Origin: Escherichia phage FL20 | Length of the DNA: 64,000 nucleotides | Strand: one strand, 5' to 3' | Sequence record: PP400781 | In this document: in pieces, positions 8,713-18,697 of the stretch | Numbering within the stretch: position 1 is the stretch's first letter | How the letters are laid out: every line of letters begins with the position of its first letter | Position numbers and translations under genes: made by a program | Notes under the pieces: generated by a model | Told to the model about the DNA's origin: nothing | What the model saw: only the letters and a program-made list of their open reading frames with translations | The model's database searches: none

Positions 8713-9006
8713 TTAACCGCCTTTAACCATTGATACAGGAATTGTTTTCTGATTTGTGTATAAGTGGCCTACTTCAATTTTTTCTTGAATCACCACGACG
8801 TTACAATATCCACTGTCTTTAAGTTTTCTGATAATGACTCGCTTTTGTTCGTCGGTGATAGGATTGACTGTTCTCACCAATTCACCGCAAATAATAGCAC
8901 CATCTTTACAATTACCAGTAACTTTCATGCTACGACCGTGAACAACAACCACGTCACCGTAAATCACATTTTCGTCGTCGTATTTGGTAATAACCGTGAC
9001 CGTCAT
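8713..9006 (-). CDS. Hypothetical protein
   Basis: 97-aa ORF. Confidence 0.4.
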   Translation of the reverse strand: MTVTVITKYDDENVIYGDVVVVHGRSMKVTGNCKDGAIICGELVRTVNPITDEQKRVIIRKLKDSGYCNVVVIQEKIEVGHLYTNQKTIPVSMVKGG

Positions 9007-9051
9007 AATGTATTCCCTCTAAGAAAGGCCGCGCAAAGCGGCCTATGTTGA

Positions 9052-9384
9052 TTATTGTTCTACAGTATAACCGTTGTTTTCAAGCCATGCAATAACAATC
9101 TTTTCGCCAATTTCATCGAGCATTTCATCAGCGCCATATTCTTTAATGAAAGTCGATGGATCATTATTGCTTACTACGTGCTGGATCACAACATGTTCAG
9201 GAATTGCGTCTAGTAGTTCGCTATGATCATACTCATTAACGATATCTTCAACACTAACATTATTAACCAAATCAACATCATCCATAGTCACAGTAACGCG
9301 ACCGGACGGACGCAATGAATATTGGCTACTTTCAACTTCAACATGTGCACTTTCGCAAGTAACTTTCATATCAACCATAATCAA
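9052..9384 (-). CDS. Hypothetical acidic protein
   Basis: 110 aa, strongly Asp/Glu-rich. Confidence 0.45.
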   Translation of the reverse strand: MIMVDMKVTCESAHVEVESSQYSLRPSGRVTVTMDDVDLVNNVSVEDIVNEYDHSELLDAIPEHVVIQHVVSNNDPSTFIKEYGADEMLDEIGEKIVIAWLENNGYTVEQ

Positions 9385-9392
9385 TTCCTCTG

Positions 9393-10385
9393 TTAGTAAT
9401 GGCTAAAACCTTCGGTCACATCTTCAACCACATAGTAACGATGACAGCGCATTTTGGCATTTGCATAATCTTTCGGGATACTTACAACGTGACGCGGATC
9501 AACTTTGCATTTAATGATTCGGCCTCGTCCACCGCCATAGTGCGGAATATAGTGTTTCGCTGCAACGTGGAGGCCATTAGAGCAAGTGCGATCATCATCT
9601 GGGTCCACGTCTTTACGCTTCATTTTAACCGTGCGACCTGGGCTATTATCAAACGTATGCGTAAAGAAATCTTTATAATCAACATCAACACGTTTCCATG
9701 CATAGAAACAACCATCTTCCACGATCTCAATGTCGTTGTGCTCTAAGAAGTCAAATAGACGATCTACGGCCTTACGGCTAGGGTTTTTCTTGCACTTCTC
9801 AAAGAAGTTAAGATAGTGCGTATATGGCTTATTCTCTTTAATCGACTCCACAACTCGACGAGTCAGATTATTATCAAGAACAATATTATGATAATACACA
9901 ATACCATTTTCGATACGGAAAGCGCCGTGATAATATACTTCAACCGCTTTCTTAATGTCAATCAGCGTAATAGCTTTGATGAAATCATTATGTTTAATCG
10001 CTTCCAGTGCTTCCTTAAAGTTAACATGTGATGGATCAGCAGTATAAACAATGTCACCACATGTAATAGTAATAAACTTAGTTGAGGCTATGGCTACGAT
10101 TTTTGAGGAAGTAGTTACGGGCTTTTTTGCGCGTTCACCGCCTTTTCCTTTACTGGTTTTACGGCGTGCTTTACGTTTTTCTAGTGCCTTGCGACCTTCC
10201 GCTACTGCGTCTTTCTGAATCAGTAATACACGGGAGGCAGTGCGACGAGATACACCAAATGCTGCCGCAAGTGCTTCGCGGGTAGTAAACTTACCTTCGC
10301 CCCACTGTTTAGCCAGTTTGATTTGTTTCGCAGAATCCAGACATTGAACGTTACGGTCAGAGACGGTGATTTTTGCTTTAGTCAT
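9393..10385 (-). CDS. rIIB: rIIB membrane-associated lysis-inhibition protein
   Basis: Collinear with T4 rIIB (SRLFDFL, DGYFYAWK, TFDNSPG, CSRGLHV, VKVHPRDVVSIP, YEVVEDVTE equivalents); ATG at 10383-10385 preferred because the first ATG abuts the RBS. Confidence 0.85.
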   Translation of the reverse strand: MTKAKITVSDRNVQCLDSAKQIKLAKQWGEGKFTTREALAAAFGVSRRTASRVLLIQKDAVAEGRKALEKRKARRKTSKGKGGERAKKPVTTSSKIVAIASTKFITITCGDIVYTADPSHVNFKEALEAIKHNDFIKAITLIDIKKAVEVYYHGAFRIENGIVYYHNIVLDNNLTRRVVESIKENKPYTHYLNFFEKCKKNPSRKAVDRLFDFLEHNDIEIVEDGCFYAWKRVDVDYKDFFTHTFDNSPGRTVKMKRKDVDPDDDRTCSNGLHVAAKHYIPHYGGGRGRIIKCKVDPRHVVSIPKDYANAKMRCHRYYVVEDVTEGFSHY

Positions 10386-10447
10386 AGTATTCATTCCTCT
10401 ATTAGTTGGGCGACTATTGCCGCCCGATTCACATCATTATACCAGAA

Positions 10448-10579
10448 TTATTTTGCTTCGACAACCTTGCGGATTGTGCGGTCTGATACATTATAGATTC
10501 GTGCCAGTTCGCCTTTAGTCAAACCGCGAGCGTATTGTTTACGGATGGTTTCTTTCTGGATGGCGGTCAGTTTAGTCAT
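10448..10579 (-). CDS. Small HTH peptide (43 aa) between rIIA and rIIB
   Basis: Not in the ORF track (under 60 aa). GAGGTGA RBS; translation MTKLTAIQKETIRKQYARGLTKGELARIYNVSDRTIRKVVEAK is a helix-turn-helix resembling the N-terminus of rIIB. Confidence 0.5.
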   Translation of the reverse strand: MTKLTAIQKETIRKQYARGLTKGELARIYNVSDRTIRKVVEAK

Positions 10580-10590
10580 AATATCACCTC

Positions 10591-12705
10591 TTAAAATTTA
10601 ACATTCTTAACCAGTTTCATAAAGTCTTGTGCGCGTTTGTCATTATGCAGAATACGATACCAGTTATCGACAATATCATACAGTAACGGGCTATTCTCTT
10701 TAAACTTCGCACAAACTGCTTTAATTCGTTCGTTTGCTACCGTGAATTTTTCATCACTAATCTTTTTAGTTTCTTCGTCCATAATCCAACGAGTACGAAG
10801 GAGTAACTTGGAAACCTCTTTATTATAATGACGACCGTACAGTCTGTCAATAAATTCTGGAACACAGCGTTCTAGTTCATCGTCATGAAACAACATAGTG
10901 ATCACACCCAGATATTCGCCATACCCCAGATGATTGGTCTTAACCTTCTTAGCCAGACCAGCCAGCTTACCGCGAACAAATTCTAGCGCACATTCCAATT
11001 GTTCGTCAACGAGATATTTTTGTGTCTCGTTTCGAGTAATAATATACTTTGTTACCCCGAAGTAGTCAAGCGCCGTGTGTAATGTATTTTCACTATGGAT
11101 CGATTTACGACTACGGCTTTCGAATGCATCACCTACGCGGAACATGTGCAAGCCTGATAACTCGCGAATCTCTGCCGCTTTCATGTGATGGCTGGTTTTA
11201 TGCCAACTGTCACCAATCTTTTCCATGATATACACGTTAGGCAGCTTAGGAGTCGCTTCACGTTGTGTACGTGTACGCTCGGTCTTCTCCGGTTTAACTG
11301 CTTTAGCACGCAGATCATCGGCCTCAGAAACTTTAATCACGGTCATTTCAGAATCATCATAATACTGTTTGATGTACTCGAAAGTTTCCATATGTTTTTC
11401 GTTGCGCTGACGGAACACCAGTACCTTTTTATTGATGCCGTATTCCTGGACCATACCGTTAAGAGTCAGTGCGCGTAGTTTCGGTTTATCGGTATCATCA
11501 ATAAGACACATAATATCTTCTTTATGCATCCATACAAAATGCGTAATGTTGTATTGACTGCTAACGAAAGCAGGGCGCAATTTACTGATTGTGTGACGAG
11601 TACGATACAGAGTATACACCTGACCTTCTACGTCATTAGGCGAATCTTTACCCGCATTCACAAACTTATTATAGATTGCTACCGGATCATCCCACTGCCC
11701 GGTCTTACCCATCTTGCTAATAATATTGCGTTGAGTCGATGAATACTCGCTCATAAATTGCGCAAGTTTACGCTCTGTTTTAATGTTGGCGATCTTCTCT
11801 TTGACCTTTTCCAACATCATTTCATTGATTTCTGCAATGCGTTTTTCGATGTTCGCTTTAGTCTCAATTGACAAGTGAACTTCTTCACGCGATGGCATCA
11901 GGTCCAGATCACCCAACTCAAAATTAATGTAAATGGTCTGGTGCTGGCGGTTTACAGCTTCTAACCATGTTCCGCGAACATATTCATACGGGATCGGATA
12001 CTGGATCTTACCCATGATTGCATATACTACATAGGAATCGTTATCACGCCCATTACAAACATAATAATTATCAAAGCTAGGGAAATAATTAATTTCGATT
12101 GCATTGATATTAGGTTTGTGTTCCCCAAAATGACGCAGTACAAATTGCGCTTCTCGATGCCATGTCTGAATATCTTTTTCTTTCACCGGAATAGTGATTT
12201 TCAGACCATTGTCTTCATAGGTCGGTTCGTCGAAAATCTGCACCATTTTCGGCATAGAGTTTTGCACAAATGCCGTAAAGCCATAAGCGCGACCATTGTA
12301 ATAGTTTACGATTGTAAAGGTGTCAGTGTAGCTATAAGCAGATTTCGCACCTAAACCAAAAGACCCGATATAGTCATTAGTCTGGTCTTTTGTTGATTCA
12401 AAGTAAACCGTAAACAGTTGTTCTAATTCTTTCTTAGACGGAATACCAGTACCATAATCACGCACAGAAAAATACGGTTCGATTGCAGTCGGTAAATGAA
12501 TATCAAACGGACGATCTAAGGTTCCGGCTTCTTTGTGAGTGTCGGTAGCATTGCACGAATACTCACGGACGCAAGCACGCTCACAATATTGATAAGTGTT
12601 CTTAGAAAGCACCATAAAAGCCTTGCTACTTGCTTTCAGTGAAAAATCAACCGCACCGCTCAGGTCACTGCCAAATACTTCTTCATTATCAATATGCATT
12701 TTCAT
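10591..12705 (-). CDS. rIIA: rIIA protein (GHKL-ATPase-like)
   Basis: 704 aa; N-terminal ATPase-like motifs (GSFGLGAKSAYSY); size and position as T4 rIIA; ATG with GAGGA RBS. Confidence 0.9.
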   Translation of the reverse strand: MKMHIDNEEVFGSDLSGAVDFSLKASSKAFMVLSKNTYQYCERACVREYSCNATDTHKEAGTLDRPFDIHLPTAIEPYFSVRDYGTGIPSKKELEQLFTVYFESTKDQTNDYIGSFGLGAKSAYSYTDTFTIVNYYNGRAYGFTAFVQNSMPKMVQIFDEPTYEDNGLKITIPVKEKDIQTWHREAQFVLRHFGEHKPNINAIEINYFPSFDNYYVCNGRDNDSYVVYAIMGKIQYPIPYEYVRGTWLEAVNRQHQTIYINFELGDLDLMPSREEVHLSIETKANIEKRIAEINEMMLEKVKEKIANIKTERKLAQFMSEYSSTQRNIISKMGKTGQWDDPVAIYNKFVNAGKDSPNDVEGQVYTLYRTRHTISKLRPAFVSSQYNITHFVWMHKEDIMCLIDDTDKPKLRALTLNGMVQEYGINKKVLVFRQRNEKHMETFEYIKQYYDDSEMTVIKVSEADDLRAKAVKPEKTERTRTQREATPKLPNVYIMEKIGDSWHKTSHHMKAAEIRELSGLHMFRVGDAFESRSRKSIHSENTLHTALDYFGVTKYIITRNETQKYLVDEQLECALEFVRGKLAGLAKKVKTNHLGYGEYLGVITMLFHDDELERCVPEFIDRLYGRHYNKEVSKLLLRTRWIMDEETKKISDEKFTVANERIKAVCAKFKENSPLLYDIVDNWYRILHNDKRAQDFMKLVKNVKF

Positions 12706-12719
12706 AATATAATCCTCAC

Positions 12720-12977
12720 TTAATTAAAATCTTCTTTGTCCATCTCTGCGTAGATTACATCCCACGCCCATAAATCAATAAACGCATTATATGTCACGGT
12801 GCAATCGTTGTCAATCACTTCTTTCGCATATTTCTTGATGTTTTCGTAGGAAACTTGCGGGTCAATTTTGTGTTTACGAAGGTGCGCATATTCATATCTC
12901 AGACATTTCATAAACAGGTCCATCGATTTCTTTTCTCGATGACACTTGGCGATCATAAAATCAAAACTTCGACTCAT
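12720..12977 (-). CDS. Hypothetical protein (rIIA.1 position)
   Basis: 85-aa ORF immediately upstream of rIIA. Confidence 0.45.
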   Translation of the reverse strand: MSRSFDFMIAKCHREKKSMDLFMKCLRYEYAHLRKHKIDPQVSYENIKKYAKEVIDNDCTVTYNAFIDLWAWDVIYAEMDKEDFN

Positions 12978-12988
12978 TTTTCTACTCC

Positions 12989-13183
12989 TTATACATTTTC
13001 AATTACCCATTGCAGATGGGCTTCTGCGTCAACCAGTTCAGCGCGGCTTTTCTCTAAGCACTTGCTGTATTCTTTACGTTCCCACTCGGCAATTTCGTTT
13101 TTCAGGACTTCTTCATAGTAAGCAATTACGCCTTTCAGGTCTGAAACTTTACGGCTTGCCAATTCGATGTAATGGTTACGCAT
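12989..13183 (-). CDS. Hypothetical small protein
   Basis: 64-aa ORF. Confidence 0.4.
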   Translation of the reverse strand: MRNHYIELASRKVSDLKGVIAYYEEVLKNEIAEWERKEYSKCLEKSRAELVDAEAHLQWVIENV

Positions 13184-13379
13184 TTTGATTCTCCTTTGTT
13201 ACTAGATAACGAATTTGGTCTTGCATTGCGATCAGTTCCCAGCGTGCTACTTTCATCATGGAAACTGACTCTTTGAACATAATATTAGCTTTTTCCTTCT
13301 CCCCTGTCAAGTAGATTTCTGCAATTTTTTCACAAAATTTTTGAGTTTCTTCATTCTTAAACGGTTTCATATAAGTCAA
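13176..13379 (-). CDS. Hypothetical small protein
   Basis: 67-aa ORF with promoter TTGACA-17-CATAAT upstream (about 13401-13429). Confidence 0.4.
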   Translation of the reverse strand: MTYMKPFKNEETQKFCEKIAEIYLTGEKEKANIMFKESVSMMKVARWELIAMQDQIRYLVTKENQNA

Positions 13380-13436
13380 CCTTTTGTTTTCGATGGGGAC
13401 ATTATGATATATCCCCGATCCAGTGTCAACAGATTT

Positions 13437-13736
13437 TTAATCTTTTTTCAATGCATCCATTACTCGCTCTGCGATCAGTTCTCGTAAGCACTGATAACCA
13501 TGATATTTGATGGCAATGTCACGCAGATCATTAACCAGTTCCCGTACTTCATGGTCTTTCAGATCGTCTCTGTATTTCGATTTAACCGTGTCTTTAGGTG
13601 GATTGTGGATAACCTGAAAACCTTGTTCTGCAATCACTGCGGCTTCTCGCTGGCGTTCATGTTGTACTGTATTTTTGATCAGGTCTACTTCCATGAACTT
13701 TGTCATACTCATCATCATGTTATTCTTTTTGCTCAT
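13437..13736 (-). CDS. Hypothetical protein (99 aa)
   Basis: ATG at 13734-13736 with GAGGA RBS; the track N-terminal extension overlaps the promoter at 13771-13798 and the gp39 3' end. Confidence 0.45.
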   Translation of the reverse strand: MSKKNNMMMSMTKFMEVDLIKNTVQHERQREAAVIAEQGFQVIHNPPKDTVKSKYRDDLKDHEVRELVNDLRDIAIKYHGYQCLRELIAERVMDALKKD

Positions 13737-13770
13737 TATTAAATCCTCATAAACGAAAAGGGAGACTCCC

Positions 13771-13798
13771 ATTATAGAGAATCTCCCTTGTATGTCAA
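13771..13798 (-). promoter_or_regulatory. Sigma70-type early promoter
   Basis: TTGACA-16-TATAAT followed by palindrome gggagtctccc. Confidence 0.5.
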
Positions 13799-13801
13799 GT
13801 G

Positions 13802-15625
13802 TTATGATTGCATCCAAATTTTGCGGCGGTCTGAATCTTCGCTATAGAGCAAATCGAATAGCTCTTTATAGTTTTCCGGTAACGTGATGATTTCCATTAC
13901 AGGATCGTTGATCACGCGATGATAATCTGATTCTGTAAGAGATGCTAACCCTTTGATATATCGAATGCTATAACCTTTGATATTATCTCGGTCGTTCTCG
14001 AAATCTTCTAGGTCATAATACCATCGAACATCATCACCTTTCTTTGGTTCCGCAATGATAATAGGTGTTTTGATAAACCGGATTCGTCCATCTTCGAACA
14101 ATTCAGGCCAACGTGCAAAGAAAGAGATCAGACTAGGTTTAATAGACCCGATCCCGTCAGTATCAGCGTCTGTCATAATCGCAATATTTTTGTATTGCAT
14201 AACTTCCAATGCATCAACACCAAATTGCAAACCAGTGATCGCCATGATGTTAAAAATTTCGGCGTTCTTAACGATCTTTGCCTCCGGTTGTTCCCACGTT
14301 GTAAGAGTTTTGCCTCGCAACGGGAAACCTCCATGTAAATCTGGATCACGTACAGAGACCAGATAGTTGATCGCGGAATCACCTTCCGTCAAAAACAGGG
14401 TAGTTTCTGCGTCAGTTCCAATAAGGTTAGCTTTAACGTGTTTTGCTACCTTAGCCCGTTTCGCTGCTTTGGCTGCCTTAGTCGCTGCCGCTTTATCTGC
14501 TGCCTCTTTGCGTGCCAGGACTACAGCAATAATAGGCATGATAATGTTTTCTTTCTTCGCAATGACTTTAGCCAGCTTTTTAAAATCAAGATCAATATGA
14601 CGCTTGATATCACCAGTTGGATTAGTCAATCGTTCTTTTGTCTGTGAATCAAAACGAAGGTTAGGCAATTCACGAACAATAAGAATACAGGTCAATCCAG
14701 ACTTAACCGCAGCTTTAGTAACATCAACCTTATGTTCTTTCTTGATTCGTTTTACAATCTCTTCACAAAGATCATCTGTCACGTAGTCTACGTGTGTTCC
14801 CCCGTTTTTGGTAAACAGACCATTAGCAAAGGATACTGATTTAAAACCTTCTCCCTCGACCGCAGGAACTAGGGCAAGTGAAAAGTTTTTATCTTCAATG
14901 ACAAACGGATCATCATTGTATAGTTTAGCATAATCCTTGAACTTACTAACAATACGTTTACCATTAAACTTAAACGTGATCTTAGGAAAGATTACGCTCA
15001 ATGATTGCAGACGATCATGAACAATATCTAAAACAGAGTTGTCCATCATATAACCTTCGAAGTGGTCGAAGTCTGGACAAAATGTAACCTTCGTTCCCTT
15101 CAATTTTGATGGTTTTGATGACCATGTGATATTTTCAGCCCCGTTTGTGCATTGAACGGTCATTTCTGTTTCACCGTCACAGGTCACACCAGTAAACCAA
15201 TCGCTAAAGAAATTTGACAACGACGACCCCACACCGTTCATCCCTTGCGTTAATCGATTGGTATCATCAAAGTTAGACCCTGCTTTTGTTCGTGTCCATG
15301 CGGCTACAGGTTGCGGAATCTGCGTACCCTCTGGGGTAGTAACCATATGTTGAGGAATACCGCGACCATTGTCTGTTACCGTAACAATATTGTTTTGGAT
15401 ATCGACGCTAATCACATTGGCAAATTCAAAATTAGTGCGAATCGCCTCGTCTACAGAGTTGTCGATGATCTCATCAATGATTTTAACCAGTCCTGGAACA
15501 TATGAAATTTTTGTCCATTTACCGAACAGGAAACGTTGGTGTTCTTCGTAAGTTGTTGATCCTATATACATTCCTGCACGCTTAAGGACATGTTCACGAT
15601 CAGATAAAATGCGAAACTCACTCAT
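13802..15625 (-). CDS. 39: DNA topoisomerase II large subunit gp39 (GyrB-like), uninterrupted 39+60 fusion
   Basis: 607 aa; GHKL ATPase N-terminus (DNGRGIP) and TOPRIM region (EGDSA) in one ORF; T4 splits this into gp39 and gp60. Confidence 0.9.
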   Translation of the reverse strand: MSEFRILSDREHVLKRAGMYIGSTTYEEHQRFLFGKWTKISYVPGLVKIIDEIIDNSVDEAIRTNFEFANVISVDIQNNIVTVTDNGRGIPQHMVTTPEGTQIPQPVAAWTRTKAGSNFDDTNRLTQGMNGVGSSLSNFFSDWFTGVTCDGETEMTVQCTNGAENITWSSKPSKLKGTKVTFCPDFDHFEGYMMDNSVLDIVHDRLQSLSVIFPKITFKFNGKRIVSKFKDYAKLYNDDPFVIEDKNFSLALVPAVEGEGFKSVSFANGLFTKNGGTHVDYVTDDLCEEIVKRIKKEHKVDVTKAAVKSGLTCILIVRELPNLRFDSQTKERLTNPTGDIKRHIDLDFKKLAKVIAKKENIIMPIIAVVLARKEAADKAAATKAAKAAKRAKVAKHVKANLIGTDAETTLFLTEGDSAINYLVSVRDPDLHGGFPLRGKTLTTWEQPEAKIVKNAEIFNIMAITGLQFGVDALEVMQYKNIAIMTDADTDGIGSIKPSLISFFARWPELFEDGRIRFIKTPIIIAEPKKGDDVRWYYDLEDFENDRDNIKGYSIRYIKGLASLTESDYHRVINDPVMEIITLPENYKELFDLLYSEDSDRRKIWMQS

Positions 15626-15724
15626 TATTAAACCTCTTCATAACATAACCATAACTTACTGCAACCGCCACAAAGACGGCTGCAACAATCATATTAAAAA
15701 TTGAGTGATTGTCAAGTATATGAC

Positions 15725-15898
15725 TCATGACACGCGCACATTTTTATCGTAATACCCGCCATTAATACCGCGCGGGGCAGTTAATCCCTGTTTGCATTCT
15801 TTACCACATTCAGGGCATTCTGCCTTTTCACGTTCGGAAATTTTGCGGATTTTCTGAAATTGACCGTGTTCTTCACAAGAATAATCGTATAATGGCAT
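15725..15898 (-). CDS. Zinc-ribbon protein (FmdB-like CxxC...CPxCG)
   Basis: Internal ATG at 15896-15898; MPLYDYSCEEHGQFQ...CPECGKECKQG. Confidence 0.45.
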   Translation of the reverse strand: MPLYDYSCEEHGQFQKIRKISEREKAECPECGKECKQGLTAPRGINGGYYDKNVRVS

Positions 15899-15899
15899 A

Positions 15900-16568
15900 T
15901 TATCCCCTTTGTTTCTTAACTGAATTTGGATCTGGATTTTCTGGTAGGTCTTCCAGACCCATAGCATAACGTTGTGCATAGATTAGCATAAGAATATCGC
16001 GAGCGCAATCATGAATTGCGTCATGCGCGATAAATCCGTCTAGCGTACCCATTGGTAACGGGCATTCACACATCCCGCGATGCATCAATGTACGCTCAAT
16101 GGCGGTGCGAACATCTCGGATATTCCAGAATCGCACAGGTTCAAGGCTGAACGTCTCTCGTGTATAGTGTGCACGGCGGATCATATCAACTAGTAACGGA
16201 ATATCAAACGCATTACCGCGTGACCACATTACGGATTTAACCGGATCTACTCCTACGGCTTCACAGAATGCGTTAAAACGCGCTAAACCTTCTTTAGTTG
16301 ATACTTCCGTACCATTTGTGATTAATTGCTTTCTCATGCCTTCTGAGGCGGTATTCTTCCACCATTCAACCACACCATGATCAAACACCCTTACACCTTT
16401 CTGGGAAGGAATATCAAATTTTACCAGAAAGGAATTGTCAACCAGTTCTTTAAATGTAGGTGGATTGTGCGGATCTTCTTTAAATCCGATTGCCGCCATA
16501 TTGATAACCGCCCCATCAGGCGGATAACCTAAACTTTCAAAGTCAATCATTAAATCCACTGGAAGCAT
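15900..16568 (-). CDS. dexA: Exonuclease A (DexA)
   Basis: 222 aa from ATG 16566-16568 (GGAGG RBS); blocks IDFE, EWWKN, FDIPLL, FWNIRDVRT, CPLPMGTLDGFIAHDAIHDCARDILM, YAMGLED match T4 DexA. Confidence 0.85.
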   Translation of the reverse strand: MLPVDLMIDFESLGYPPDGAVINMAAIGFKEDPHNPPTFKELVDNSFLVKFDIPSQKGVRVFDHGVVEWWKNTASEGMRKQLITNGTEVSTKEGLARFNAFCEAVGVDPVKSVMWSRGNAFDIPLLVDMIRRAHYTRETFSLEPVRFWNIRDVRTAIERTLMHRGMCECPLPMGTLDGFIAHDAIHDCARDILMLIYAQRYAMGLEDLPENPDPNSVKKQRG

Positions 16569-16569
16569 T

Positions 16570-16794
16570 TTAAATATCCTCCGCGATATGCCGGAACAAC
16601 TCCAGATCGTTTTTATCCAGAATGAAACCGCTACAATCAATAATCCCGTTACCGTAATTATCGGTTAACAGTCGTTCCGTTGCCATGTATGCGCGTACTT
16701 TGTTGTTAAAATTCATTACATGTTGTGTATAGTCACAATGAATCTTTTGACGGTTCCACGCGACAATTGATTGTAGATGTATTACATTAGCCAT
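16570..16794 (-). CDS. Hypothetical small protein
   Basis: 74-aa ORF from internal ATG. Confidence 0.35.
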   Translation of the reverse strand: MANVIHLQSIVAWNRQKIHCDYTQHVMNFNNKVRAYMATERLLTDNYGNGIIDCSGFILDKNDLELFRHIAEDI

Positions 16795-16991
16795 ATTATT
16801 AATAACAACCATATCAAAACCCTCGCTTAGTGAAATATTCGATCATTTTATTGATACATTCAGCTTCACTGTCGCCGGATACGTTCCATCCATAATGACC
16901 CCAACTAAAACACATGGTAACAGTTCCATTGTGACGGCGTACCGTCACATCGTCAAATTCTGGGATACTTCGCATAATCATAATAATTTCC

Positions 16992-18383
16992 TCAAATATA
17001 GTCTACTCGATACCGCGCACGGGTAACACCAACATATAATAACTGCATTGCCAATTCAAAGTCAACATTGTCTGTACACATGCAAGGAGTATACAGGAAC
17101 ACGCGGTCTACGCTGATCCCTTGTGACTTATGAATGGTGCAAGCTGGTAATGCTTTTACATTCAAGAACATACGCTTCATCGTCCAGAAGGAATCCCAAT
17201 CTGGTTTAAATTTTGGATTCTCTTTCTTCATTTCGCGATATTGTCCGGCGACCGTATTCAGATAGATAGAGAAAATGTTCTTCTGACGTTGTTCTGTCAG
17301 AATGTTGATTTCTACTAAATCTGGTTTATCTGTAGTGATTCCGACTGCATCTAAACCGACTTTCTGATTTAGGATTTCTTTGTCTTCGTCATCATCGACG
17401 CTTTCCACTTTCAGAGTATAGCCTAAAACTGGTTGCGGATCTACCCCCGTGCAACGTAATGTAAATTCGCGCGGGATGACCTCTTTAACTCGGATCATCT
17501 CACCATTGTTAAAAATAACATTGGGGATCTTCTTCCCGCGTTCATCTCGCAGATATTCGATCAATGGTTCCTGAGTAACCAGAATTTCATCTACAATCAC
17601 TGGTTCATCGGTGTTATAAACGCGCTTACGTACAATTTCATTGAGTTTTTCGACGCTCTTGTTAGTGTAAGCCAGAATACGGTTTTCTAGAAGGTCTTCC
17701 GGCGTTTTAACGGTTTCGAAATAATGCTTCATAAACTCCGGCAGAGTTGAGCTATGGAATACACCCTCGTTACCGCACTGCTTTTCGAATACCCATTTAC
17801 CATTACGGACAGCGGTCGCCACATCAATTATTGGCGCATTAGATCGTTTAATCTCTGTAAGTTCTACATTCTGAAACCTTTCATCGGTGAAGAAAGGAGA
17901 GATCGACGTTGCGCCGCTCGGATCAACTGGTCGTAACTGGTACAGATCACCCACGGCAATAATAACAATTCGACCGTTGATACTCTTCATGAGAATATCA
18001 AATAGTTTCTTATCGACCATACTCGCTTCATCAACAATGATGATCTGAACATCATCTAGCTTAGGAGTATCTTTTTGCTCAAATACTTGAGTATCTTCAT
18101 AGTTGGTCGGGTTTAGTCGCAGTAGTGCATGTAAAGTAAATGCTTGACGACCTACCGCTTTACTCAAAACTTTTTTAGCCTGGTGGGTAGGCGTTGCCAA
18201 AACCACACCAGTTACACCACGGCGGACCATTTCCTGAACAATGAATTTCATCATTGCGGTTTTACCAGTACCCGCCGCACCACGGACAGTTGTATGCTTC
18301 TTTTGTTCAATGCGTTTCATTAGAACATCAAAAGCATGTTTTTGCCCGTCTGTTAACATATCGAAAGTTAATACTCTGCTCAT
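16992..18383 (-). CDS. dda: Dda DNA helicase (SF1B)
   Basis: 463 aa; GAAGTGKT Walker A; SPFFT, ELTEIKRSNAPIIDVATAVRNGKW, ALPACTIHKSQG, LYVGVTRAR collinear with T4 Dda. Confidence 0.9.
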   Translation of the reverse strand: MSRVLTFDMLTDGQKHAFDVLMKRIEQKKHTTVRGAAGTGKTAMMKFIVQEMVRRGVTGVVLATPTHQAKKVLSKAVGRQAFTLHALLRLNPTNYEDTQVFEQKDTPKLDDVQIIIVDEASMVDKKLFDILMKSINGRIVIIAVGDLYQLRPVDPSGATSISPFFTDERFQNVELTEIKRSNAPIIDVATAVRNGKWVFEKQCGNEGVFHSSTLPEFMKHYFETVKTPEDLLENRILAYTNKSVEKLNEIVRKRVYNTDEPVIVDEILVTQEPLIEYLRDERGKKIPNVIFNNGEMIRVKEVIPREFTLRCTGVDPQPVLGYTLKVESVDDDEDKEILNQKVGLDAVGITTDKPDLVEINILTEQRQKNIFSIYLNTVAGQYREMKKENPKFKPDWDSFWTMKRMFLNVKALPACTIHKSQGISVDRVFLYTPCMCTDNVDFELAMQLLYVGVTRARYRVDYI

Positions 18384-18697
18384 TATCCTAAAATCCTCAC
18401 CTTGCGAACACAGATAGTATTGAGTTCTCGCCGTACCCGTTCTTTTTCATATTCAGGAATTTTATATTCGATACCATCCCGAACAATTTCAGAAGACCGG
18501 ATTATGCCAAATTTTCGTTTAGGTACAACCTTGTATTTCGGTTCACCCGCCAATAGACTCTCACAATAATCTATCTGATCACACATTGACGCTAACGCAG
18601 CATCATGTGTTTCGCAAGTTAGGACGCGACCTTTCGCGTCCACTGAGTATTGAAAGAATCCGTCTTTATCACGATAACATACAGCAAATACATGCAT
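18383..18697 (-). CDS. Hypothetical protein
   Basis: 104-aa ORF with start/stop overlaps to both neighbours. Confidence 0.45.
   Translation of the reverse strand: MHVFAVCYRDKDGFFQYSVDAKGRVLTCETHDAALASMCDQIDYCESLLAGEPKYKVVPKRKFGIIRSSEIVRDGIEYKIPEYEKERVRRELNTICVRKVRILG

Noticed and set aside
14055-14600. Plus-strand ORFs of 60-144 aa inside gp39 and elsewhere (for example 14055..14366, 24039..24257, 26109..26543, 50673..51044)
   Set aside because: They lie antisense within well-supported minus-strand genes, lack an RBS, and have low-complexity or odd composition; treated as spurious.
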